Origin: a virus
Reading direction: 5' to 3' (one strand)
DNA: 64,000 bases
IMG/VR virus record: IMGVR_UViG_3300013005_000002
Span: 1 to 64,000 of that record
The position numbers and the translations under genes were made by a program. Positions 49,901 through 59,340 of the stretch are shown here, one piece after another. Numbering within the stretch: the stretch's first letter is position 1; each line of letters begins with the position of its first letter. The notes under the pieces are model-generated. The model saw nothing but the letters and a program-made list of their open reading frames with translations. It searched no databases and had not been told where the DNA came from.

Positions 49901-50682
49901 CAGCCACGGCGTACTCAAATTCTGCTCCGCTAAATTTTGCTACACAAGTTTATGATACGCATAGCGCGGTTACGGTTGGTGCGGCATGGAAGTTTACTGC
50001 TCCGGTCCCTGGAATCTACCGAGTTGTGGCAGGAACAAGAAACAATGCTTTTTCTGGTGGCGACAGATTGTCCCTTTATAAAAATGGAACAGCATTTGCT
50101 AACGCAAATACTCCAAGCAGCGACGGAGCGTCTTTTACTGGGGGAGGTACATTAAGTGCTGAAGTCCAGTTAAATGTTGGCGACTTTATTGATATTAGAA
50201 ACTCAACTGCGACCTCTAGAACCACAATTGCTGACGCATTAGAAACTCATGTTGAAATAAACAGAATCTCCGGCCCGAGCCAAATTGCTGCTTCAGAAAA
50301 AGTTTTATTCTCTGGATATGTTTCTACTAACCAAGCGTTAACTGCAAACGTAACTAATTTACCAGTACTCGCAGTTAAAGATACACATGCGGCTTGGAAT
50401 GGGAGTTTATTTACATGTCCGTTGCCTGGCGATTACCAATTAAATTTAGTTGCATTTGCATCTAGTGGTGGAGCCTCTATGAAAATTTATAGAAATGGTT
50501 CTTTGTACGGAGTCCTTCAGGGGATTGGTATTGTTGCATGGACTGGCGGAGTAGTTGTTGTAGAGAATTGTTTAGCAGGTGACACAATTTCAGTAAGAGG
50601 CGATAGCGCAGTTACTGTAGTTGGTGGAGCAAGTACTGCGGGTTCTAAATTATCTATTGCTAGAATTCCTGGGAGTAACTAA
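46951..50682 (+). CDS. Long tail fibre protein
   Basis: 1243 aa; KAAVRVATTA..DGVTLAANDRVLVKDQ..QNGIY fibre motif; C1q-like C-terminal domains. Confidence 0.8.
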   Translation: MAFNPFTIIKSLLIKEENVLNPKQIEIVPGGTANTKTTLVGSQTTDKTLTLPNATDTLTANAATQSLTNKTIDADLNTITNIENADIKVGAAIDAAKIHNGSVSNTEFGYLDGVTSSIQTQLNTNATNIADHISDAVGAHAASAISNTPAGTIAATDLQAAVNELDGDIQAHINDTVGAHGAGAISNTPSGNLVATDVQGALNEIQTELDAAVIVGNNAATRTLNNLTTTSLNADLLPSGAGARNLGSSSLPFGTTNTETLTRQTVGNLTISTSSGSLLLNPSTIIDVNNKLVSNVAAPVSAGDAVNKEYADSIAAGFDPKAAVRVATTASLGGSYAATPSNGRFTGAATVVDGVTLAANDRVLVKDQVDLKQNGIYVYDGAGQYTRAADSDGTPAAEVSSGNFTFATQGTINSAAGFVLLGNGILTLNTDNLAWTQSSGGSGGASRFLDNLLSPVAINQDLLPGATNSRDLGSSSLRFKDAHLQGNLNFNGSLIGTNISGLTNDVTTSSVNSVLESPTLNLRSGNNSGAGGSGNVILDPGTAGGTRGSTLLRGNRISVESTLNLVQGQNAIPLSGQQSLTIPSNSNAEGLVTLTASDSTTRNILTAASTGLPQAPNLIINGDAEGKLVSSTSIFIPYADAAGTSPVDGIGGSPNVTSSVTATTPLSGSKSYLLTKDAVNRQGQGWSILDVAVPQAMRARVLSIKFDYIVNSGTFNAGTSSADSDVTIWIYDIGNLRLIQPSSYKLLSNSTTVVDQFQAEFQTPIDMSSFRLIAHIGTTNASAYTLELDNIVVSPSEYVFGTPISDWADFPSVAAGTLIKGTTTNPTYGTVLRNQARYRRVGSDLEIRWDYAQTSAGSAGSGEMLFDISQLGLAIDTTKVPASTSPFIYTRANGVGVFSGSDTSNAHTGAVGVYDSTRLVAYGNFTGASQGVTTWNSTGVARFNIATVSMSLNAKVPIAGWSSSVQMADQTSTRIVAARYTTASATAYSNSAPLNFATQVYDTHSAVTVGAAWKFTAPVPGIYRVVAGTRNNAFSGGDRLSLYKNGTAFANANTPSSDGASFTGGGTLSAEVQLNVGDFIDIRNSTATSRTTIADALETHVEINRISGPSQIAASEKVLFSGYVSTNQALTANVTNLPVLAVKDTHAAWNGSLFTCPLPGDYQLNLVAFASSGGASMKIYRNGSLYGVLQGIGIVAWTGGVVVVENCLAGDTISVRGDSAVTVVGGASTAGSKLSIARIPGSN

Positions 50683-51274
50683 TGGCAAATTTAGTTAAAG
50701 AAAGAACAAAATTAGATCATCAACAAGTTCAGGAGTTTTCTTTTAACGACGTAGACAAGTCAGTTACTGTTGCTGGATTTATTTCTTCTAAAGTAGGAAA
50801 TAAAATTGAAAGAACTCCAGTAAGTTCTAGTATTGATGATTACAGTTATTTTGATGGAACTAACTTGCTTTATACATTACGAGTTACATATTCATCTTCA
50901 TCAAAAGATCAAGTTAATTCTGTAGAAAGAATTGCTTAATGGGAACAACCTTTAATCCATTAAATCCGTTTTTTTTGGATTTTACAGGTTCTGGAGGCTC
51001 AGGGCCTGCTAGTGGTCCCGCTGAAAGATTTACTGATACATTTAATAATACAACAGATTGGGGCTCTCCTTCTTCTGGATTGTATTCTTTATCTGTTACA
51101 GCTCTTGTTCATGGAAAAGGCACTAATCCAAATGTTCAAGTGTATGAATTAGTTAGTGGAAGTTACGAGCAAGTGCAACCAAATTCAATAGTAATTAATA
51201 TGTCTGGAGATATTACTATTAGCGCGCTACAAACTCCAGACACAAGATTTACTGGTTTAATTTTAATATTATAA
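50682..51274 (+). other. Two small structural genes (50682-50939, 50939-51274)
   Basis: ORF track, TAATG coupling. Confidence 0.65.
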
Positions 51275-51287
51275 TAGGAGCAGAGAG

Positions 51288-53081
51288 ATGTCATTTAAAA
51301 TAAAAGGTTCAGCAGAAATTAGTGGTAAACTAAAACTAAATCCAGAAGCAATTAATAGAGCTTTGACTGTTGATGCAAATGGAGAACTTACTTCTTCTAC
51401 TGTTACATCTACTGAGCTTGGACAATTGTCTGGCGTTACAGGCCCTATCCAAACGCAATTAACAAACAATGGTACAGCAATTACTGACCATATTAATGAC
51501 GCTACAGACGCACATGACGCTTCTGCTATTAGCAATGTTCCTTCTGGAAACTTAGCAGCTACAGACGTTCAAGGCGCTTTAAATGAGCTACAAACTGACA
51601 TTAACTCTAGAGCACTAGATGCTGATGTAATTAAAAAAGATGGTTCTGTTGCTTTTACTGCAGATCAATCAATGGGTGGAAATCAGCTTACTAACGTAGG
51701 CGCTCCTTCTGCTTCTAACGATGCTGCTACTAAATCCTATGTTGACTCTGTTGCTGAAGGTCTTAAACCTAAAGCTGCAGCACGTGTTGCAACTACTGCT
51801 AATATTACTTTATCTGCCCCTCAAACAATTGACGGTGTAGCTGTTGTTGCAGGAAATAGAGTATTAGTAAAAGATCAAACATTAGTTGAAAATAATGGTA
51901 TATACATTGTTGCCGCTGGCGCTTGGTCAAGGTCATTAGATTTTGACTCCCTTACTCCTGTTGATGAAGTAAACGGAGCAATGGTAGCAGTACAAGAAGG
52001 AACATCTAATGCCGGAAAAGTTTTTGTTCAATCCGGAGTTGTTGCAACAATTGGTACCGACCCTATTAATTTTGTATTCTTTAATTCTTCCGCTTCTCTC
52101 GTAGGCGGAGATGGTATAACTGTTTCTGGTTCTAATATTTCTGTTGATCATGACGGTGAAGGTCTTACTTTTGTTGCTACGCAATTAGCATTAGAGCTTG
52201 ATGGTACAACTCTTACTAAATCGGCTTCTGGATTAAAACTTTCTAATACAGCAGTAACTCCAGCAACTGTTGGATCTGCTACACAAACTGTGACATTGAC
52301 TGTAGACCAACAAGGTCGATTGACTGCTGCTTCTCAACAAGCTATTGCAATTCCTGCTTCTCAAGTCACTGATTTTAATGAAGCAGCCCAAGATGCTATA
52401 GGAAACATTTTTACAGACTCTGCGTCTGTTGATTTTACTTATGACGACGCATTAAACACAGTTAGTGCTGCAGTTTTACCTGCTGGCGTAAATCATAATG
52501 CTTTACAAAATTACGTAGCAAATCAACATGTTGACCACTCTGCTGTTCAGATTACTACTATTGCTGACTCTGGTCTTACAGGCGGCGGAGATATCACTAC
52601 TACTAGAGCATTAAGTGTTGATATTAATGGCACTACTGCTGAAACTGTACCATCTAATCTAGATAAAATTCTTATTTACGATGCTTCAGCTACAGCATTA
52701 AAGAGCATGACAAGAGGAAACTTTTTATCTGGACTTCCTGTTAGCTCTACTGGCGACATTAACGAGACAAGTTTTTCATTAGCTAATAATCAAGCAACAC
52801 CAGCTAATGTGACAGGACTTGCTTTTGCTGCAGGTGTAGTTAGAAGTTTTGAAGCTTTAGTAAGTGTTGAAATCGACGCTACTGCTGATTTATTTGAAGT
52901 ATTTACATTAAGAGGAATCCAAAAAAATGGATCTTTTGACATGTCAATTACTGCAAATGGTGATGATTCTGGAGTTGTTTTTAGTATTACAAATGCTGGC
53001 CAGGTTCAATACCTTTCTAGTAATAATGCGGGTTTTGTTTCTGGATTAATTAAATTCCGCGCACAAACATTGTCGGTATAA
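51288..53081 (+). CDS. Second tail fibre-like protein
   Basis: Paralogous blocks with 46951-50682. Confidence 0.75.
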   Translation: MSFKIKGSAEISGKLKLNPEAINRALTVDANGELTSSTVTSTELGQLSGVTGPIQTQLTNNGTAITDHINDATDAHDASAISNVPSGNLAATDVQGALNELQTDINSRALDADVIKKDGSVAFTADQSMGGNQLTNVGAPSASNDAATKSYVDSVAEGLKPKAAARVATTANITLSAPQTIDGVAVVAGNRVLVKDQTLVENNGIYIVAAGAWSRSLDFDSLTPVDEVNGAMVAVQEGTSNAGKVFVQSGVVATIGTDPINFVFFNSSASLVGGDGITVSGSNISVDHDGEGLTFVATQLALELDGTTLTKSASGLKLSNTAVTPATVGSATQTVTLTVDQQGRLTAASQQAIAIPASQVTDFNEAAQDAIGNIFTDSASVDFTYDDALNTVSAAVLPAGVNHNALQNYVANQHVDHSAVQITTIADSGLTGGGDITTTRALSVDINGTTAETVPSNLDKILIYDASATALKSMTRGNFLSGLPVSSTGDINETSFSLANNQATPANVTGLAFAAGVVRSFEALVSVEIDATADLFEVFTLRGIQKNGSFDMSITANGDDSGVVFSITNAGQVQYLSSNNAGFVSGLIKFRAQTLSV

Positions 53082-53090
53082 AGGTGATTT

Positions 53091-54432
53091 ATGAGTAATT
53101 TAGTAAGAAGTAAATATGATGCTAACACAGTTCTTGGATTTGTCCTTGATGAGGAGCGCGGAGCCCTTATTACTGTTCCACATGAAAATCAAGAGTTTGC
53201 AATAGAGCTTAGTCATCAAGATGGAGATAGCGTTCTTTCTGTACTTCCTACTATAGAACTCCAAGGAAATCAAGAAAAACCTTGCATTGGTATTAAAAAT
53301 GTGGTACTATATGTAGTAAAAGGTATAGCAAAAGTTGAAGTTTCTCCTCTTTCTGAGGGTGATCTATTTTTTGAGTTAAATCTTCTACACATGATTCCTA
53401 AAGACATTTGTGCTAAAAGAATCCGTTTAACTGTAGATGAAAATAGTGAAGCTTACATTTGCGGACAGGGCTAATGGGAAAAGTAAAAGTTACTATAGAT
53501 AAAAATAAAGAATATAAAGCTGTAGAAAAACAATCTACAAGTGAAATTATTTATTTAGAAAAACCAATAGAAACAATTATTGAAAAAATAGTTGAAGTTC
53601 CAGGCATATGTCAATGTAAGTGTGAAAAAGCTAAACCTGACACTAAGCTTAGAAATTACGCAAAAGCATTAAGAAAAGAAAATGATAAAACACAAAGATT
53701 GTGTTCAATTCTTTTTGAAAAAGCTGATGAAACTATGCAAGGATTTGATGAAATGCATAAACAAATCCAAGAGCTTGAAAATAAAATTTTAAGTCAATCT
53801 AGTTTTTGTAAAGTACAAAATGAGGATATTCAACGTTTAAGTAAAGAACAAGATAAGTTGACTCATCATTTAGAATTAATTGATGAAGATTTAAAAGTAA
53901 AGCCTGTTAGTATTAAAACTGAAAAAGTTATACACACGTTTGACCATAAGTTAGTTGTATTTAATATTTTAATGTTATTTTTAAATGTAGTATTTTTACT
54001 ACAAATATTATCCAATTAAGGGGAGATAGAATGAAAAAGGGAATGAGAGAGATGATGGAGGAAATGAATCCTTCTAAAAAGATGGGTAAAGAGGATATGT
54101 CCGCTAAAATGGACGTACTTAAAGAATTACTCCAAATGGCAGAATCTGAGCTTAAAGGCCGTTCTAAAATGGGACTTGATGGAGCCAAGGCTATGAAGGT
54201 TTCTGTAATGGCTAAAGATAAAGAAAGTCTTAAAGAAGGCTTAGAAAAAGCTGAAGACGTTCTTGAATCTGAAATGATGCCAGAAGAAATGTCTGAAGAA
54301 TCTGAAGATGAAATGTCTGATGAGTCTGAGGATGAAATGGAAGAAATGCCTAAAAAAATGATGGCTGATTCTTCTATGGTTGATGAAGAGGAAGAAGAGC
54401 CTAGTTTCTTTAAGAAAAAGAAAAAAGTTTAA
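53091..54432 (+). other. Three late genes (53091-53474; 53474-54019 coiled coil with C-terminal TM; 54031-54432 acidic Met/Glu-rich)
   Basis: ORF track. Confidence 0.6.
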
Positions 54433-54461
54433 TTCTTGTCTCTAAATATTAAGGAAGTAAA

Positions 54462-55412
54462 ATGAAGTTACCTTATTTCACTACAGATGAATTAATTAAA
54501 GCGATTAAAAGAAACGTCACTGTACCTGTTTCACAAAAAACATTCCAGGACGAGGATTTTATTGCTTTTCTTAATGAGGAAATGTCTTTAGGACTTGTTC
54601 CTCAAATCATGAAAATGAAAGAAGACTATCTTCTTACTATTGTAAATATTCCTATCCAAGCAGGATTACGTGAGTATGAAATTCCTGCTAGAGCTGTAGG
54701 AAATAAACTAAAAGAACTAGCATATGTTGATGGAAACGGTAACATATGCGAAATGACTAAAGTTGATATTGGCGATCTTCCTTTTTGGAATAATGAACAA
54801 AGAAATAACTCTGTTCCTTACGCATATTTTATTGCAAACAATGTAATAAATTTAATATCCACTTTTAATGTTGCTTCTGGATTTTTACAGTTTACTTATT
54901 ATATGCGTCCTAACCAGTTAGTACTTTTAAAAGAAGTTGGTATTGTTCAAAGTATTGATACTATCACAGGTCAAGTCTTTTTGGATAAGATTCCTACAGA
55001 TTTTAATGTTAATAAACAGTACGATGTTGTTCAGCAAATATCTCCCCATAAATGCTTGACGATTGATTTAACAATTACTGGACTTAACACTGTAAATAAA
55101 TCTGTTACTTTTGCTACAGTTCCTAATGGTCTTAAAATTGGAGACCATTTAACTTTAGCTCAACAAAGTGCTATACCTCAAATACCTTCTGATATGCATC
55201 CTATCCTTGGTCATAGAGCTGGCCGCAGATGTGTGTCTTCTCAAGGTGACACTGAAGCAGTACAAGTAACTACTGGTATGGTAAATGAATTTCAAGAAAA
55301 CTCAATGAATATTATATCCGATAGAGTTGAAGATTCACCTAAGAAAATCGTAGGTAATCGCAATCTTATCCGTACAGGAATCTCTAGAAAACGCTATAGA
55401 TTTAGAGGTTAA
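54462..55412 (+). CDS. Head-tail adaptor-like protein
   Basis: Position and ELI..IKR..D.D....LNE pattern typical of podovirus adaptors. Confidence 0.6.
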   Translation: MKLPYFTTDELIKAIKRNVTVPVSQKTFQDEDFIAFLNEEMSLGLVPQIMKMKEDYLLTIVNIPIQAGLREYEIPARAVGNKLKELAYVDGNGNICEMTKVDIGDLPFWNNEQRNNSVPYAYFIANNVINLISTFNVASGFLQFTYYMRPNQLVLLKEVGIVQSIDTITGQVFLDKIPTDFNVNKQYDVVQQISPHKCLTIDLTITGLNTVNKSVTFATVPNGLKIGDHLTLAQQSAIPQIPSDMHPILGHRAGRRCVSSQGDTEAVQVTTGMVNEFQENSMNIISDRVEDSPKKIVGNRNLIRTGISRKRYRFRG

Positions 55413-55414
55413 TT

Positions 55415-58400
55415 ATGTCTTCACAAAATGTTGTACTTAAAGCCTCGGGCCTAAATACATTTCAAAATTATTTTAATGTTGCACCAGGAACATTAATTGA
55501 AGCTCTTAATGTTAATATTGATAGAGATCAAATTATTGAGCCGCGCAGAGGCTATCCCCAATATGGAAATACTTTTGGTGGAGTAAATGACCGCTGCAAA
55601 CAACTATTATCCTATAAAAATACAGTATTAAGACACGTTCTTACTAAGCTACAATATGACAATGGTAATGGTCAGTTTTTAGACATCGCAGGATTAGTCA
55701 ACGAAGTAAGTGAAGGTCTTAGGATTAAATCTATTGAACAAAATGGTAATCTTTATTTAACTACAAAAGATGGTATACAAAAAATATCTATAGCTAATTC
55801 CACACAGTTTGGTACAGCTTCTGTTGTTCCTGCTGGCGGAGTTAAAGCTTTAAATTTAACAGCTAATGTTGACTATTCTACTAATGGATTTTTACTTCCT
55901 AAACATAAAGTAGCGTATAGATTAGTGTGGGGAATTACAGATCCAAATGACAATTTAATATTAGGTACACCTAGTAATAGGATTGTTCTTGAAAACGTCT
56001 CTGGATCTAGTGCTGTTGTAGAACTTAGTTTTCCTGTACCTAGTGATGTTACTAATATTAGTTATTTTTATCAAATATATAGAACTGCAATTTTTGATAA
56101 TAGTACTACGGAGATAGACCCTGGAGATGAGATGTATCTTGTCTTTGAGGAATTTGTTACTCCCGCTGAACTTATTTCAAAACAAGTTGGTCCTATTGTA
56201 GATATAACTCCAGAAGACATCAGGTCTGGTGGAGCTTTACTTTATACTAATCCCACAAGTGGTGAAGGTATTGAGCAAGCTAATGATAAGCCTCCTTTTG
56301 CTAGAGACATAGATAATTATAAAGGATATACGTTTTATTCTAATACATCTACAGTACAAAGATTAAATTTATCAGTATTGGCAATAGATGATTTTGTAAG
56401 TGGTACTTCTAATATTACTATTACAAATGGAACTACTTCTAATACATATACGTTTAGAGGAACAAATGCTTCTGCAACATTAACTTTTACTGGCAATAAA
56501 AATGATTATCATAATGCTTCCCCAGGAATAGCTAAATACTTCACTTTAAATTCTAGTTCTAATGAAAGAGAATATTTATTTTGGTTTAATCATAATCCAA
56601 CTCATGATTTAGAACCTAGTGTTACTGGTAAAATAAATATAGAGCTTGATGTTTCAGCAGCAAGTAATGTTGCTCAAATTCAAGCTATTGTTGATCAAGC
56701 TTTAGTAAATACTACCGATTTTAATGTAATTTCTTCTGTATCTACTTTAAATATTTCTTGGTCAAATAATGGATCTGTTGCTGCAAATGGTGGATATTTA
56801 GATACAGTAGGAACGTCGTTAAATATTAGCGCATTTGTAAATGGTACAGGAGAAAATTCGGCTAGTAACTTAATATTTTTACCTAGAGTTCCTGGGCTTG
56901 GTGAAGTGGGATTAACTCCATCACAACAGATTGAACAATTTGCGTTATCTTTAGTTAATGTTGTAAATTCAAAAGACACTTTAGTAAATGTTTACTATCT
57001 TTCTGGATTTAATGATGTTCCTGGACAATTACTTTTTGAAAATAGATTAGTTACTGGTCCCGCTTTTTACTTATACGCAAATTCTGTTGCCTCTGGATCA
57101 GAATTTAGTCCATCTTTACCAGCAACTAATACACAACTTGTAATATCAACAAATGAAGTAAGACCCAACAGATTATATTATTCTAAATTCCAACAACCTG
57201 ATGCTGTACCTTTAGTTAATTTTCTAGATGTAGGCCCTAAAGATAAAGGTATTACTAGGATTGTTGCTTTAACTGATAGTTTATTTATTTTTAAAGAAGA
57301 TGAAATTTATAGACTTTCCGGTGATAGTATTCCTTTTCAAGTTACCTCATTTGATAAATCTGTGTATTTAACTGCTCCAGATTCTGCTGCAGTTTTAAAC
57401 AATCAGATATATGCTTTAACTACACAAGGTATTGTTGCAGTAACTGAAGGCGGAGTACAAGTAGTTTCCCGTCCTATTGAAAATTTAATTTTAGGAGTTC
57501 AGCGTTTTGGAAACAAATATCAAACTATATCTTTTGGCGTATCGTATGAGTCAGATAGAGCTTACCATATTTGGACTTTATCTAATCAAAACGACACTGT
57601 AGCTACTCAATGCTTTAGATACAATACTTTCACTAGTTCTTGGACTAGATGGGATGTTTCAGCTACTTGTGGATTTGTAAATTTTACTGACACTAAGATG
57701 TATCTTGGTGCAGGTGATGATAACATTATCCTTCAAGAAAGAAAAACTTTAACAAGGCTTGACCATGCCGATAGACAGTATGATTTAAATTTATTATTAA
57801 ATCAAGTTAATGAAAATGTGATTAAATTAAGTTCTATTGGTTTGTCCGATATTGGAGACAGAGTAATCCAAAAACAATATTTAACTATTGGCCAGTACAA
57901 TAGATTACTTAAAATGATTGATAGAGATGTATTTATTAATCAATTTAGCACATCTAATTATTTCTCGACACTAGAAGCTTTACCTGGAAATAATGTTAGA
58001 TCTAAACTTGTACAGTTAGCTACAAAGTTAGATATAGATCCTCAAGTTAATTTTACTAATTATTTATCTTCAATAAATACAGTAACTTATCCAATACTTT
58101 CTACAACTCATACTTTAAATCAAGTTGTTATTAATGTAACTGCCAATACTATTCCTGTAGGTAGATATATTAGTATTACTGGTTTAAATACAGTCCCTGC
58201 TATATCAGGAGTTTATGAAGTTGTTGCTTCTAGTGCAACTAGCTTAACTATTAATGCTAAAATTAATACTAATGGTAACACTGGAACATTAATTACTGCA
58301 GACCAAGACTTTAGAGATGCACAAGCTTGTTTTAATATTATTACAAATAAAATGAATCTTGATGATGGTCTTTTCTTTTCTAATTATTTTCAATCTACAG

Positions 58401-58888
58401 GAAGCGTAGATGAAGAAGATGTTATTTTAGATTTTGATTCTGTAAACAATACATTAACACTTCAGTATTCTTTACCTTACTTCCAAGGTACAATTACTCT
58501 TTATAAAGCAATTGAAACAGAAGTAGTATATTCTCCTCAGTTTTTTGGTGACCCTTCAATGACTAAGCAAGTTAGTGAAGGAACTATGATGTTTGAAAAT
58601 TCTAACTTTTCAAATGTAAGTTTATCTTATTCCTCGGATTTATCTCCTGCTTTTGAGACTATTGAGTTTGAAGGTCAGGGATTGGGAGACTTTGGTCAAT
58701 TTCCTTGGAGTAATCAAAACTGGGGTGGAATTGGCGCTGCTATTCCATTACGTACATACATACCTCGTCAAAAACAAAGATGTCGATTTTTAAATGTAAT
58801 GTTTAAACATAAAGCAGCTTTTGAGAAATTTAGTATATACGGTATGAGCTTAAGCTTTAGAATTATAAGTAATCGTGGGTATAAATAA
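55415..58888 (+). CDS. Tail nozzle/stabilisation protein
   Basis: 1157 aa, beta-rich; A.NV.ID....PRRG; NRLYYSK; LFIFKED.IY. Confidence 0.65.
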   Translation: MSSQNVVLKASGLNTFQNYFNVAPGTLIEALNVNIDRDQIIEPRRGYPQYGNTFGGVNDRCKQLLSYKNTVLRHVLTKLQYDNGNGQFLDIAGLVNEVSEGLRIKSIEQNGNLYLTTKDGIQKISIANSTQFGTASVVPAGGVKALNLTANVDYSTNGFLLPKHKVAYRLVWGITDPNDNLILGTPSNRIVLENVSGSSAVVELSFPVPSDVTNISYFYQIYRTAIFDNSTTEIDPGDEMYLVFEEFVTPAELISKQVGPIVDITPEDIRSGGALLYTNPTSGEGIEQANDKPPFARDIDNYKGYTFYSNTSTVQRLNLSVLAIDDFVSGTSNITITNGTTSNTYTFRGTNASATLTFTGNKNDYHNASPGIAKYFTLNSSSNEREYLFWFNHNPTHDLEPSVTGKINIELDVSAASNVAQIQAIVDQALVNTTDFNVISSVSTLNISWSNNGSVAANGGYLDTVGTSLNISAFVNGTGENSASNLIFLPRVPGLGEVGLTPSQQIEQFALSLVNVVNSKDTLVNVYYLSGFNDVPGQLLFENRLVTGPAFYLYANSVASGSEFSPSLPATNTQLVISTNEVRPNRLYYSKFQQPDAVPLVNFLDVGPKDKGITRIVALTDSLFIFKEDEIYRLSGDSIPFQVTSFDKSVYLTAPDSAAVLNNQIYALTTQGIVAVTEGGVQVVSRPIENLILGVQRFGNKYQTISFGVSYESDRAYHIWTLSNQNDTVATQCFRYNTFTSSWTRWDVSATCGFVNFTDTKMYLGAGDDNIILQERKTLTRLDHADRQYDLNLLLNQVNENVIKLSSIGLSDIGDRVIQKQYLTIGQYNRLLKMIDRDVFINQFSTSNYFSTLEALPGNNVRSKLVQLATKLDIDPQVNFTNYLSSINTVTYPILSTTHTLNQVVINVTANTIPVGRYISITGLNTVPAISGVYEVVASSATSLTINAKINTNGNTGTLITADQDFRDAQACFNIITNKMNLDDGLFFSNYFQSTGSVDEEDVILDFDSVNNTLTLQYSLPYFQGTITLYKAIETEVVYSPQFFGDPSMTKQVSEGTMMFENSNFSNVSLSYSSDLSPAFETIEFEGQGLGDFGQFPWSNQNWGGIGAAIPLRTYIPRQKQRCRFLNVMFKHKAAFEKFSIYGMSLSFRIISNRGYK

Positions 58889-59298
58889 TGGCTAAAATTG
58901 AAATCCCCAGTAAGATTAGAGCTGAGAACTTTAAAGAAGATGAGCGTGGAGTAGCTTCTGGTATAGGGGCTATTTACAATCAATTTGTAGATCAAATCTA
59001 TTTTTTAGTTAATGGTGGTCTGGATTTTGAAAATCTTAATAGGCAATTAGTTACTGTTATAGTTACTATGGATAGTACTGGAAAAGTGGTAAATTCTCCA
59101 GCAGTACGCTATAGTCTAAGAACTAGGGTACAAGGTGTAAATTGCGTTAAAGCTGTGTGTTTATCTAGTAATACCCTTACGCCGTTAAGCCAACCGTTCA
59201 TAACCTTTGGTTTAAACCTAAATACGCTCATTATAACGAATATAACGGGGTTACAGGCAGATACTCAGTATGAATTAACCCTGGAGTTGATAGGTTAA
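58888..59298 (+). CDS. Hypothetical tail protein
   Basis: ORF track. Confidence 0.6.
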   Translation: MAKIEIPSKIRAENFKEDERGVASGIGAIYNQFVDQIYFLVNGGLDFENLNRQLVTVIVTMDSTGKVVNSPAVRYSLRTRVQGVNCVKAVCLSSNTLTPLSQPFITFGLNLNTLIITNITGLQADTQYELTLELIG

Positions 59299-59310
59299 AC
59301 CTGAGTTAAA

Positions 59311-59322
59311 TTAACAAGTTAG
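59311..59322 (+). promoter_or_regulatory. Late-promoter-like motif
   Basis: TTAACAAGTTAG about 19 nt before ATG 59341. Confidence 0.7.
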
Positions 59323-59340
59323 GATACAGGATACAACATA

